Assembly: GCF_004010195.1 (NCBI RefSeq)
Contig: NC_057750.1
Span: 10,690,047-10,754,046, forward strand
Direction: 5' to 3'
DNA length: 64,000 bases
Source of the DNA: Chiloscyllium plagiosum
Lineage: Eukaryota
Shown: positions 1 through 12,429 of the stretch, one piece after another
Position numbering within the stretch: position 1 is the first letter of the stretch
Layout: the number at the start of each line of letters is the position of its first letter
The notes under the pieces: model-generated
Told to the model about the DNA's origin: nothing
Databases searched by the model: none
The model's input: only the letters and a program-made list of their open reading frames with translations
Made by a program: the position numbers and the translations under genes

Positions 1-173
1 CTCCCCCCTACCTTTTATCTCAGCCCGCTTGGCACACCAGCCTCATTCCTGAAGAAGGGTTTATGCCCAAAACGTCGATTCTCCTGCTCCCTGGATGCTG
101 CCTGACCTGCTGTGTTTTTTCAGCACCACATTTTTCAACTCTGGTCTCCAGCATCTGCAGTCCTCACTTTCTC
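1..173 (+). mobile_element. Penelope-like pLTR/3' arm with decayed hammerhead core
   Basis: CTGAAGA-agggtttatgccc-aAAACGTC at 49-76, followed by the same arm and tail (ctccagcatctgcagtcctcactttctcc) as the hairpin elements at 6323, 42047 and 47215. Confidence 0.75.
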
Positions 174-175
174 CA

Positions 176-858
176 AAAATGAAGTATATGTCAGGTGTAG
201 ACAGCAGAGATCGAGTGAATCCTTAGAAGAGTACAAAAGCAGTAGGAGTATACTTAAGAGGGAAATCAGGAGGGCAAAAAGGGGACATGAGATAGCTTTG
301 GCAAATAGAATTAAGGAGAATCCAAAGGGATTTTACAAATGCATTAAGGACAAAAGAATAACTATGGAGAGAGTAGGGCCCCTCAAAGATCAGCAAGGCA
401 GCCTATATGTGGAATCACAGGAGATGGGGAGATACTAAACACATATTTTTGCATCAGTGTTTACTGTGGAGAAGGAAATGGAAGATATAGAATATGGGGA
501 AATTGATGGTGACATCTAGAAAAATGTCCATATTATAGAGGAGGTAGTGCTGGAAGTCTTAAAACACATAAAAGTGGATAAATCCCCAGGATCTGATTAG
601 GTGTAACCTAGAACTTTGTGGGAAGCTTAGGAAAGTGATTAATGGGCACTTAGCTGAGATATTTGTATCATCGATAGTCACAGGTGAGGTGCCGGAAGAC
701 TGGAGGTTGGTTAACGTGGTGCCATTATTTAAGAAAGGTGATGAGGACAAGCCAGGGAACTATAGACCGGTGAGCCTGATACTGGTGGTGGGTAAGTTGT
801 TGGAGGGAATCCTGAGGCACAGGATTTACATGCATTAGAAAGGCAAGGATTGACTTGG
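176..858 (+). mobile_element. CR1/HER1 LINE ORF2 fragment (N-terminal to RT)
   Basis: Translations IKENPKGFYKCIK and VPEDWRLVNVVPLFKKGDEDKPGNYRPVSL are typical CR1 ORF2; stops and frameshifts present; co-linear with the copy at 39634. Confidence 0.9.
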
Positions 859-1017
859 CAAGATGGCCGTGACTCAGTAGAACTGCCGTGGACTGCTCTG
901 CCTAACAGCCAAGGCATATTGGTGTTTTGTTTGCCATTCCTGGCTCACTCCCATGAGAGAGTTATTCATTTAAAGACTTGGGAACACCATATTCATTAAT
1001 ATTTAGGAGTGAGAAGG

Positions 1018-1700
1018 ATGCTAAAGGGAAAGGGAGTGAGCAAACAGCAGCAGGGAGGACATGCCCCTGCAGCAGCGGCCTCTCCCAAATCCCTAGGGGA
1101 CTTAACAGATTTGCAGGAATTGGCAGCAGTGATGGTGAGACTTACCATGAAGTTTGAGGCTGCAATCGAGGTGATCCATGCCCAGATCCAACCCATCGCA
1201 TCCAAGCTGCAAACAGGCCTCAGGGTACAGCTGGAGGAGGTAGAGGGTCAAAGCATGGCATCGGAAGGGGCGATCGAATTCTTGTCCGTATGGATCCAGG
1301 CCCTGGAACGGCAAGTGTGGGCTTTGCAAGATCCGGTCGATGACCTTGAAAATCGAGGTCGGAAGACAAATCTACGGATTGTCCGGCTCCCGGAGAGTGA
1401 AGAAGGTGAGCAGTTCCTAGGCCCTCAAATCGAGTCCGGCCAGCTGCATGTTGAAAGGGCCTATCGGGTGGCGGTGTGCAGTTCTGGGCCGATACAGCGT
1501 CCCCACCCGGTCCCAGTGCACTTCCACACATACAAGGACAAGCAAAGAGTGATAGAAGCCTCCAGATCACTGGGGAAAGATCCATGGCACTGCTGCAGAA
1601 GGGGTCAAAAGTTATGTTCTTTCAAGATTTCTCGGCAGCTGTAATTCGAAAGAGGAAGTCCTTCGATGAAGTTAAGAAGAGACTGAGAAACCTCAGTATT
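1018..1700 (+). pseudogene. L1 ORF1 remnant (coiled coil plus RRM-like region), frameshifted
   Basis: MLKGKG start, LENRGRKTNLRIVRLPESEEG, VERAYRV, then KVMFFQDFSAAVIRKRKSFDEVKKRL in another frame; cut by the Rex insertion. Confidence 0.85.
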
Positions 1701-2270
1701 CTAACAATAGTAGGGCAGAAATTGTTTCAAAACCGGCTGGTGCGTGTGTTCAGGTTTCTGTACCTTCTCCCCGATGGTAGAGGTTGTAGAAAAGCATTGC
1801 TGGGGAGGGATGGATCTTTGAGAATGCTGGCGGCCTTTCCTTAATAGTGGGCCTGCTAGATGGATTCTATAGCTGAGAGGTTGACCTTTGTGATTGTCTG
1901 GGCCGAGGTCACCACTCTCTGTAACCTTCTCCAATCTTGAATGGTACAGTTGCCATACCAGGTACTGATACATCCAGACAGAATGCTCTGGATGGTGCAC
2001 CTATAAATGTTGGCAAGGGTATTTGCCATCATGCCAAATTTTGTCAGCTGCCTGAGGAAGAAGAGACATTGTTGGGCCTTTGTAACCAGTGCATCCACAT
2101 GAAGAGTCCAAGAAAGCTTGTTGTGGATGTCCACTTCCAGGAGCTTGACACTCTCCAGTCATTCCACCTCTGTGCTGTTAATGTATAGGGGGGCATGAGT
2201 AACATCCCACCGAAAGTCAATAAAGAGTTCCTTGATTTTTCCGGCATTGTGAGCTAAGTTGTTCTTAGTG
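1701..2270 (-). mobile_element. Rex1/Babar-type LINE ORF 3' fragment inserted in the L1
   Basis: KAQQCLFFLRQLTKFG...YRCTIQSILSGCISTWYGNCT...RLQRVV matches the C-terminal ORF region of Rex1/Babar LINEs. Confidence 0.85.
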
Positions 2271-5086
2271 CAATGATCTGAAGAATATGGTTAATGTTTG
2301 TCCTCTTTTCCTTCTGTGTTTTCCCTTTTCCTTTTTTTTCTCTCTCCCTAATAATTTTCTTCTATTAAAAAAAAACTTGGAATGTATTGTTTCTATTATA
2401 TTTTTATAAGTGGATTTTATTATGGGAAATTTTATGGGTGCCCTTTGTTGCTTTCCTAATTTTTTTGTTCTTTTTCTCTTCTAGTCATACCTGGGGTTGA
2501 CATAGAGCCAGGGATAGGTGGAGTACTTATCCTGACTTTGTCTTCTCTTATTGATTTAAGGATCATCTCCTTGCTTACTTATTTATTTTTGTCTAAGGCT
2601 GGGCACAGTCCGGGCTTGAAGGAGTTCTGGGGTGGGGTAGTAGAGTGAGTGCCCCCAATGGACAGGGGGGAGAGTCTCCCCTGCAAGGTTTTGCAGTTGG
2701 TCTTTTTTATAGTTTTTTGGTAGCAATAGACATTTGTAGTTATGTTAATGTAGATTTTGTATACACAATTTTACGACTTTATGAATCTCCATTTACTTGT
2801 GCTCGACATATTGCAAGCAGGGTTCTCCCTCCTGGGGGTTCAAGGGTCTCTGAAAGGGGATATAACCAAGTGCACTTGGAACATCAAGGGAAGTTATTTC
2901 CCTATTAAAAGGAAAAAAGTACTTTCCAGCCTTAAGAGGGAAAGGGTTGATATTGCCCTATTGCAGGAAACCCATCTTGACAATGGGGAATACCTGAAGT
3001 TACAAATGGGGGTTATGACCGGGTATTCTTTCCATCCTTTACTACTAAAAGTAAGGGAGTGGCTGCACTTATCTAGAAAAATCTTCCATTCACATTATTA
3101 GAGCAGGTGAAAGATGACCAAGGGCGTTTGTGATACTTAAGACCTGATACATGGGGAGGAATATGGCATCTTAAATGTCTACTGTCCCCTGGCGCATCCT
3201 CTCAAATTTTTGATTAGTGCTTCTCTAAGCTGAGTACCTTTGGAACATGGCACATTATTATAGGGGGAGGATTTCAATTGCCTTTTAGATCCAACAGTGG
3301 ACAGGATGTTTACAGGGCCCCCAACTATTTCTTCACAGGCCAAGCAGGTGACTGACTTATGCGAGGAGTTGGGGCCTACGGACATTTGGAGATGTCTTCA
3401 TCCTACCAGCAGGGACTTCACCTTTTTTCAAACCCACATAAATGTTACACAAGGATTGACCCTTTTCTGGCTCCCTCGACCCTCTGGATTCGATTATGAG
3501 GTTTGAAAGATTGGGAACATAGCTATTTCTGATCACACGGTGGTATATTTGGAGGTTAAGGCCAACAGTGAGGGATTAGGTTCATGGCACTGGTGGCTGG
3601 ATCCTTTCCTCCTCAAAGATTCCAAATTTGTGGAATACTTTTTGAGGGAGTTTCAGGAGCTTCTGACTATCAACTCAGGCACGGCTAGTATTCCATCTAT
3701 GCTTTGAGAGACTGCTAAGGCCTTTGCTAGGGGATTAGCTATTTCCTATTCGGCTAGCTGTCTACTTGAGACACGGCTGAAAGCCGCTGAGACAGCACAT
3801 TTTGTGAGGCCTTCGGTGACCAAATTACAACAGATCATGGCCTTTCAGGCCACCCTAAATTCAGTACTTACACAAACCGCGAAGAAAGAACTTGCTTTTG
3901 CTAGACAAAGGCTGTTCGAGTATGGGGATAGACCAAGGAAGTAGTTAGCGTATCTGACTAGGAAAAAGCATGCTCCCCAATCCATTACTGCATTTAAAGA
4001 CAGTGCTGGAGTCCTTACATACGAAGGCAAAAGGATTAATTAGGCTTTTCAGAGCTTTTACTCTGAATTGTATCAGTCTGAAGGTTGCAAGATGGAAACC
4101 TTTTTTAAGAGACTGGACCTCCCGAGGGTAACCTTGGAACAGTCCTCTCTCCTCAATGCCCCCTTGACAATTCAGGAAATACAGGGGGCAGTTAGGCAAC
4201 TTCAAAGTGGGAAAGCGCCTGGCCCTGATGGTCTCCTGGGTGAGTTTCATAAGGAGTTTATAGGGATTCTGTCAGGGCCGATGCTGGAAATGTACAATCA
4301 CTCCTATGTGCTTGAATGCCTGCTACCATCTTTGACAGAAGCTAATATTTCCCTCATTCTTAAAAAGGGGAAGGTTCCTAAGGATTGTGCCTCCTACAGG
4401 CCCCTCTCTCTTTATTAAATTCCGATTTTAAGATTCTGTCTAAGATTTTGGTGCTGAGATTGGAGAAGGTATTGCCCTATATTGTTAAAGAGGACCAGAC
4501 AGGTTTTATAATGAGCTGTAGGTCCTCTAATAATATTACAAGGTTGCTGAATATGGTCCAAAAATGTCAGCAACAATCGATCCAGGGGTTGGTGATTTCC
4601 TTAGATGCAGAGAAAGCATTTGAGTGGTTGAAATTGTCGTATCTCTTTTATGTCTTAGAACAGTTTGGGTTGGGTGGGGTCTTTGCTAGGTGGGTGGAGG
4701 TTTCATATCATCATCCTCTGGCTGCAATCATCACCAACGGGGTGAAGTCTGGGAACTTTAGGATTGGCAGGCATAGACATCAAGGCTGCCCTCTCTCACT
4801 GTTGTTGTTTACGTTGGTGATAGAGCCGTACAGAACGTCTACATAACCGCTCTGGAAGTGGGATCGAGGGTACACAAGATGATACTATATGCGGAGGCAT
4901 CCTTCTGTTTTTATCGGACTTGATGACCTCCGTACCCCATCTGATACATTGTATTAATGTATTTGTGGTTTTTTGAGGATATAAGATCAACTTTGCAAAG
5001 TCGGAGGCTATGCCTTTGGGGGACCTTAACGAAGTGTCAGAGGTTGAAGGTGGCCCTAGGTTCCCCTTTAAGTGGTCATGGACAGG

Positions 5087-5643
5087 TCATAGTCATAGAG
5101 ATGTACAGCATGGAAACAGGCCCTTCGGTCCAACTTGTCCATGCTGACCAGATATCCCAAACCATCTAACCCCAACTTCCAGCACCTGGCCCATATCCCT
5201 CCAAACCCTTCCTATTCATGCACCCATCCAGATGCCTTTTAAATGTTGCAATTGTACCAGCCTCAACCACTTCCTCTGGCAGCTCATTCCATACCCTCTG
5301 CATGAAAAAGTTACCCCTTAGGTCTCTTTTAAAGATCTCTTTTATATATTTCCCCTCTCACCCTAATTCAATGCCCTGTACTCCAGGGAAAAGACCTTGT
5401 CTATTTACCCTATCAATGCTCCTCATGATTTTATAAACCTCTATAAGGCTGCCCCTCAGCCTCTGATGCTGCAAGGAAAACAGCCCAGGCCCGTTCAACC
5501 TCTCCCTGTAGCTCAAATCCTCCAACCCTGGCAACATCCTTGTAAGTCTTTTCTGAACCCTTTCAAGTTTCACAACATCTTTCCGATAAGAAGGAGACCA
5601 GAACTGCACGCTATATTCCAACAGTGGCCTAACCAATGTTCTG
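5087..5643 (-). mobile_element. CR1/HER1 3' fragment inserted in L1 ORF2
   Basis: VRPLLEYSVQFWSP...LERVQKRLTRMLPGL plus (CTATGA)-type tail; splits L1 FPFKWSWTG from FRYLGI. Confidence 0.92.
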
Positions 5644-6322
5644 TTTCCGATACCTAGGTATTTTTATTATCCCCATGTTTGATCGGTAGTTTCAGACTAA
5701 CTTTGTTCACTGCTTGACAATATTAGGCGGGATCTTCAGAGATGGGAGGCTCTTCCAATTTCATGGTTAGGCCAAATAGCCCTTATTAAGATGAATGTCC
5801 TTCCTTGTTTGCTTTATCCCATGCATATGCTCCCTGTAATGTTTCCCAAGTCAGCGTTGCGGAAACTTATGGATTGGTTTAGTTCTTTCAATATCGTGGG
5901 CGACCCTTCATCAAACTTACTAAATAAGAATGGGGAGGAGTTGATTTCCCAGACATCAGGAGGTATCAACTGAGTTCCCTGCTGTCCTTTGTGTGCGACT
6001 GGGCAGGTAACGATCCAGGCTCAATATGGCTAGATATTGAGGCCTCCTAAGTAAAGTGCCCTTTTATTAATCAGTTGTTCATAGATGAGATGAGGACAGT
6101 TATGGGCAACCATCGGAACCCTATTGTTATTAGTACGGTCAAGGCATGGAGGGCAATGCATCAGACTTCGCCACTCACCCCATAGTATGCTGGGGGTTCC
6201 AACCAGGGATGATGGACTCAGGGTTCAAGCTATAGGCAGTGAGAGGAGCTTCCAGTTTGGGAAACTTTTTTGAGGGGGAGGTTCTGATGTCTTTTGAGTA
6301 AATGAGCCACAAATACGGGCTG

Positions 6323-6540
6323 GGATGGAAATGTGTTGCTGGAGAAGCGCAGCAGGTCAGGCAGCATCTAGGGAACAGGAGAATCGACGTTTCGGGCATT
6401 AGCCCTTCTTCAGGAATGAAGAAGGGCTAATGCCCAAAACGTTGATTCTTCTGTTCCCTAGATGCTGCCTGACCTGCTGCGCTTCTCCAGCAACACATTT
6501 CCATCTCTGATCTCCAGCTTCTGCAGACCTCATTTTCTCC
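6323..6540. mobile_element. Palindromic Penelope-derived element (family A) with TSD
   Basis: Inverted arms of ~90 bp plus an unpaired tail; direct repeat acaaatacgggctg at 6309-6322 and 6541-6554. Confidence 0.85.
6386..6413 (-). ncRNA. Minimal hammerhead ribozyme motif
   Basis: Minus strand reads CTGAAGA-a-gggc-taat-gccc-GAAA-CG-TC. Confidence 0.7.
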
Positions 6541-7100
6541 ACAAATACGGGCTGCCTAGTAGAGATCTTTTCCATTTTTTTTCAGGTTAGGGATTTGATC
6601 CAGAAGAAGACTATGCTTCTCACTAAGCCCTATAAGCCCGATATACAGAGGTTGTTGCTCCGCTCCACAAGCATCCTTTCGGTTAGTGCCCTCTATCGTC
6701 TACTGGGTGGTAGGGCCTGGCAGGCTATTAACCGGTTATGTGAAATCTGGGAACAAGAGCTGGGAGTGGAGATCTCTTCTGAAACATGGGAGGACATATG
6801 GGAGAACACGTGAAAGATCGCAATCTGTAATAGGACATATGCTAGGCAGTTAAACGTTCTACACAGGGTTCATTTAGCACCGGACCGTCTGGCGAAGTTT
6901 AAAAAGGGGACATCTCCAATGTGCCCCAATGTAAAACAAGTGTCGGTACACTTACCCGTTGCTTCTGGACATGCCACAGGCTTCGTGTTTATTGGAGTGC
7001 TGTGGCGGGAGAGATAGGGAGGGTATTGAGGACCTACGTTAAAGTAGACCTGACATCTCTCCTTCGAGGTCTACCAAATTTATCATCTTTAGACGGGCAT

Positions 7101-7255
7101 GTTTGTTCAATACATCACATCAGTAGTATGATCTTTGATCTTTTACTGTGATCCTGCCCCACGAGCTATCTGACGAAGGAGCAGCACTCTGAAAGCTTGT
7201 ACTTTCAAATAAACCAAAAGGACTACAACCTGGTTTTGTGTGATTTTTAACTTTG
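7101..7255 (+). mobile_element. Penelope-like pLTR fragment (family B) with decayed hammerhead
   Basis: CTGACGA-aggagcagcactct-GAAAGCTT at 7170-7198; downstream sequence matches the arm at 42860-42920. Confidence 0.7.
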
Positions 7256-8005
7256 AAATAATGTAGTAATTTGAGATACTGATGAGGATGAATTTCTTCT
7301 CTCAGAGAATGATCTCATTGAACGGTGGAATCGGCTTAATGGGCCCAACGGCATACGTTATGGCCTGAAGTACTTTGCAGCCAATTGACTAGTGTCTGCT
7401 CTGATGTGTACTATCATCAAGGCCAACTAACTTAGTGTCAGTGATGAACTTACGCTGAAGGACTACTTCGTGGACTGCACTGTCTGGGAGGGCAGTTGAG
7501 GCAAGAAACCTCACAACCTTTAAAAAGTATGTAGGTAAGCACTTGCAATGTCATAATATTCAAGGCTATGGGCCAAGTGCTGGAAAATGAGGCTGGTGTA
7601 GACACAAAAACAGAAATTGACTTGAAAGCTCAGCAGGTCTGGCAGCATCTGAAGACAGAAAGCAGATCTAATGTTTTGGGTCCAGTGACCCTTTCTCAGA
7701 ACAGAGTGTAAACAGGCTAGTGCAATCCTGATGGACCGAAGGGCCTCTACTATGAGGTGCAGTTCCCAGAGCTGAACACAGAAGACAAGCTGTAGTCTAA
7801 GTACAGCAGCATAATTTGCAATATTGGTTCACAGTTTACACCACGCTGCAACAGTGGGAGTGGTGAAGAAGGAACATTTATGTTGATTCGGATTTATTGC
7901 TTGCCAGGTAGGAATGTGAAGAATGTTACTGCTTGACAATGTAGCCTCAGGCTTGCCCATGCAGGCAGCGCCTGACCTACAACACACCCATCTTTTAGTA
8001 CTAAC

Positions 8006-8162
8006 CTGGTGCAGAACTGAGTGAGTTGGCTCAAACTCTGGTAAGAGTCCAGTAGAATAGGCAATGAGGCTGCAGAACCTTGAGAGAACCCAATGGCAAC
8101 CACACTAACGGTTGCTGCAGTTTCTACCACAGACTCGGGCATGTCCTGGGTCTCGGGTATTG
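8006..8162 (-). other. Candidate exon of an unknown minus-strand transcript
   Basis: Acceptor gttcttttttcAG and donor AG|GTTAGT; one open frame. The acceptor tract overlaps a decayed Penelope-like terminus. Confidence 0.25.
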
Positions 8163-8884
8163 CTGAAAAAAGAACAACTTTTTGTCAATGCTCTTCATCA
8201 TGAAGTAATGTAGTTTCCAAAACAATGTATCTATTAATTCAAGTCCAATTGCGAACCAACTAGAACTGTCCTTATGAAATACAAATGTTGTTTTCCCTTA
8301 ACTTTGGCATTTCTTACTAATTGTTCTGATGAATACAAGACAAAAAAGCTAGGAGAAATACACCCCAGATCTAAACTAATGCATAAATATCGTTCGTTCC
8401 TCTTGAATGTTGGATGTCAGTTCTGCCCTCTTAGAGACTCTGTATGATTAGACTGGTCCTGCTCTGAGTTGCTTCCATCTCTAGCTTGTCCTTAACTTAA
8501 AGTAGTCTCTCTCGCGTTCAGTAATTATGTGAACTCTTTGTTTAGACAATCAGACATAATATTGAATACAGCTTTCCAATGCAATGTTTCAGTGAGTCTC
8601 CATTATGTTTTTCTCTCTCCACTCTCTGAACTCTGCTCTTGTCAGAGTCACATCATCATCACCATATTTGTTTCACATCCTACTGTCCTTGACCCACCCA
8701 TCTTCAGCTGCTTCATCTCCCCTCAACCATATAGTCTGAAATGGAGATGTTTGCTGATGATTGCACAATGCTCAGCATTACTCGTGACTCCTCAGATACT
8801 GAAGCAGTTCGATGTCCATATGCAACAAGACCTGAACACGCAAGTGTCAGGCAATGACCACCACCGACAAGACAGATTATTATC

Positions 8885-9180
8885 ATATAATGCAGCGTGG
8901 AAACGGGTCCTTCAGCCCAAATTGTCCATGCTGACCAGGTTTCCTAAGTTGAACTAGTTCCATTTTCCTGTGTTTGTCCCATATCCCTCTAAACCTTTCC
9001 TAATCTTGTGCCTATCCAAATGTTTTTCAAATGTTGTAATGTACCCACCTCTACTACTTTCTCTGGCAGCTTGTTCCATATAGTACCACCCTCTGTATGA
9101 AAAAAGTTGTTCCTCAGGTCCCTTTTGAATCTTTCCCCTCTTACCTCATACATATGCCCTCTACTTTTGGATTCCCTGAC
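8885..9180 (-). mobile_element. CR1/HER1 3' end
   Basis: GERFKRDLRNNFF...WNKLPEKVVEVG plus the 3' UTR shared with other copies in the window. Confidence 0.85.
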
Positions 9181-10492
9181 AGTCAATGGTCTTGCAGTTT
9201 GTGTGCTGTAGGTAGGCCCACAATACTGTTAGGGAGGGAATTCCAGAACCTTGAACCAGCGACACTGAAAGTACAGCAATATATTTCCAAGTCAGGAGAG
9301 AGTGGTTTGGAGGGGAACTTCCCATGTGTCACAGAAACATAGAAAGTAAAAAAAGGAGGAGGCCATTCAGCCCTATAAGACTGCTGAGCCATTCAACATA
9401 TTCATGACTGATCATCCAACTGTGTACCCTCTTCCTGCTTTCTCCCAGACCCTTTGATCCCTTTAGCTCTAAAAACTATACTTAACTGTCTGCTGCCCTT
9501 ATCTTTCTGGATGGAAATGGTCACAGCTTTGGAAGGCACTGTCAAAGGAACCTTGGTGAATTGTTGCAATGCATCTTGTAGATGGTACACACTGCTGACA
9601 CTGAGCGTCAGTGGTGAAAGACAGTGAATGTTTGTGAAAGGACTCAAACTATCACCACATAGTGAATTGAAGGAGATCAAAGTCAGAGTGTTTCATGACA
9701 AGAAGGTGGCAAGGCTATTTTGTGTCTTGAAGAGGTAGCCAATTAAATAACTGAACAAAACACCTATTTGCCCTTAGCAAGTGCCACAAAGTTCCACTAG
9801 ATTGGTTTCTGGAATTACAGAATTGTCCTACGAGGAGGGTCTGAATAGACCAGATGTATATCCCTGGAGTTTAGAAAATTGGGAAAGGAATCCCATTGGC
9901 ATTTGCAGACTCTTAAGGGGAAACACTGAGAAAGATTTCTCCTGTTTGAGGCAACTGGCCCAGGAAATGGCAGAGCAGCCTCAATTTGAAGGTTGTCAAG
10001 GCAAGTGGAAGCTGTTGCTATGTGTTCTATATGGTTCTGAAATGATTAATCCTGATGAGTGCCATAAACACCACACAATGGTGAGAATACACTTGTGACG
10101 AGACTAGGTTAGGATCTTGCAGGGGTGAGACTTAACATCCAGGCCCTCCTCATAATCTCTGTAATATTGTGTATCAAATCGATGTGAGCTGTAACTTTAT
10201 TTAAAATTCATTCATGGGATGTGAGCATCACTGATGGGTAAGGCACTTACTGCCCCGTCCCTAGTTATCTCTGAGAAGGTTAACCAACTCCTTGAACCAC
10301 TGCAGTCCTTATGCTGTAGGTAGACCCACAATGTTGTTCTGTTAAGGAGGGAGTTCCAGAATTTTGACCCCACTTGCTCCTAATATGCACTGAATACAAG
10401 AGCCTTTTCTGATTAGTCCAGGAAGTGGTTTCAACCTGCCACACTAGGCCAAACAGACCTACACTTAAAGAAGATGGTGACAGTAAACTTAC

Positions 10493-10551
10493 CACGCAGT
10501 GAGCTGCAGACTTGGTTTAGCAGCGTATACAACAGTACTTGTGAGCTTTGG
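10493..10551 (-). other. Candidate 59-nt exon
   Basis: Acceptor ctttttcttgttgatcAG and donor G|GTAAGT, in non-repetitive sequence. Confidence 0.3.
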
Positions 10552-10689
10552 CTGATCAACAAGAAAAAGCTATTTAGTGTGGGCTTCTGTCAATATGCAT
10601 GGTGAAGCAGAGAATTGAAGGGAAGGGTCATCGGTGAGGGTCTGGGGATGCCGTTGAGAGTCTCCATCCCCAAATTAAACAGTCAGTCT

Positions 10690-10990
10690 GTTAGTGTTCT
10701 GAGCTCAGAGTCAGAAAGTCATAGGTTCAAGTCCCACTTCAGAGACTAGAGTTTAGATTGATGCTTCCTTCAGTACCCTGAGGCAGTGCTGCACTGTTGA
10801 AGGTGCTATCTTTCAGATGAGATGTTAAACTGAGGTTTCAGTAGGTGAATATAAACAAACCCACAGCAGAAAAGCAAGGGAGATTCTTCTGTTTTCTTAG
10901 ATAATAGAATTACGATCGCAATACTGTTTATGATTTCAAAGCAGGACTTAATTGGCTGCATGGAGCATGTTAACATTGTGAAAGGTATCA
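10690..10990 (+). mobile_element. DeuSINE-like (SacSINE1/AmnSINE1-related) SINE, decayed
   Basis: tRNA-like head (ggttcaagtccc), Deu-domain-like ggtgctatctttcagatgagatgttaaactgagg, and an L2-like tail. Confidence 0.65.
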
Positions 10991-11566
10991 TACACAGTAA
11001 ATGCAAATCTTTTTCTTTTCATAATATCACGATGATAGTTCTGTTTAACAGACTGATTCCCAGCAAAGTCATCACTTTCTCCTGATTCCCATCAAAGGGC
11101 TGGAACCAACATAGATTTGTGGCTACTTGTGGTTGGTGGGTGTCACACTTATTAACATCCCCCACTTACCCTAAGACTTTCTTCCTGCACCCCCTATAAT
11201 TTTACAACACACTGGTCTCTGGTTCAGTAATTTTGTCTTAGGCCTTTGCGCATCCTGCTGTTTGAAGGGCTGGGGTTCCATGTTCTCAGGACGATGTCCC
11301 TTCATTCCCCAACACAAATTAGCCTGTCCTTCGGTCCCTTTTTCCCTTGCGTATTTCATCATCTTCCCATTAAGTACAACTTAGCAACCCACTGCTCAAA
11401 GTTCAAACCCAGTTGACAAGGTGAAGTTGTAAAAGCATAAACCGTAGTTACCACAAAAACCATTTTTGTAGGATCATGTGCCAATTTGGTAGGTGACTAA
11501 GACAGCATTAGCAAGACTTTCTCTCTCCTTTCAGACAGGCAGACCTTGAGAACCTGTCTTACTCAC

Positions 11567-11706
11567 CATTGAGTGTGTGACTGACCCAAACAAGTAGAAT
11601 CTCCAAGGGAATGTCTCTCCTCAGTCACTCACTGATGGCTCACTTGGTTGGCCTAAATCCTGAGCTAGGAGTCAGGATTCATCGGAGAGGGGGCTGCTGA
11701 TTATGT
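11567..11706 (-). other. Candidate non-coding/5'UTR exon
   Basis: Acceptor tcttcctcattcttgcAG and donor ATG|GTGAGT; stop codons in all three frames. Confidence 0.25.
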
Positions 11707-12429
11707 CTGCAAGAATGAGGAAGATTGTTTCAGTTAGCTGCAGTTCGAGTCACTCTGGGTAGAGGCTGTGTCAAGCTGTCTCATTGCCTTGCCATACATA
11801 GATTGCGATGGATTTTTAAGAGGCCTGAGTCAGAGCTCCTTGAGTAATGAGGCTGTTTACACATGGGGAGTTCATGCGATCAGTGCTGAGTGTAACTTTA
11901 GAGTGAATCTCGGCCTACACTAGGCTCCGATCCCAGGAAGCCTGCCAATAATTTTTTACACTCATCCTCTGCGCTGCCAACTTTTAAACTCTCATTTAAT
12001 TATTGTTCTTGGCAGTGACTTCCCGTTTTTTAACATTATCTGATTTTCTTTGACTTTGCTGTGATCAGAGACAGCCTGGATTTTTACTGGTGCTTATTTT
12101 ACCTGTCTCTCTCAGGCGGAGGGTATGGATCACAAGTTTCCATGGTTACCTCACTGAGCTACCATTTTTCTCATATGAGCTCAACCTCAGGCAAAGACCA
12201 GCTGCCAGACTGTTCGGTTAGAGAAGGCATCGTCACATGGTCCAATCGCATGTGTTGACATTAGCACCAGATAATGAACAAAGTCAAGGTCCAGCCTGTT
12301 TGTGTGGGCCTACCTGGGTCATGACTTTCACCAGTCCAAGTCACCGACTGCACTTTCTAGGCTTTTCCTCGCACAGCCTCATCTCCTGCCACCTCTTTCC
12401 ATTCACTCTAACCCTCACATTAAAACAGG

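Larger units (their letters stand above)
859..7100 (+). mobile_element. Decayed near-full-length L1 (LINE-1 clade), 3' end truncated, with nested insertions
   Basis: 5' CAAGATGGCCG; ORF1 with DDLENRGRKTNLRIV; ORF2 endonuclease motifs (TWNIKG, LLQETHL, GGDFNC, SDH); RT motifs (KAPGPDG, SLLNSDFKILSK, SLDAEKAF, QGCPLS, FRYLGI); C-terminal CPQC...CFWTC knuckle near 6920-6975. Confidence 0.92.
2860..7100 (+). pseudogene. L1 ORF2 (EN-RT-Zn knuckle), disrupted
   Basis: EN, RT and cysteine-rich motifs in order across several frames with many stops; the catalytic YADD region near 4886-4905 is damaged. Confidence 0.88.

Noticed and set aside
11453..11461. RSS nonamer ACAAAAACC (also at 59783-59791)
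   Set aside because: No heptamer at 12 or 23 bp spacing.
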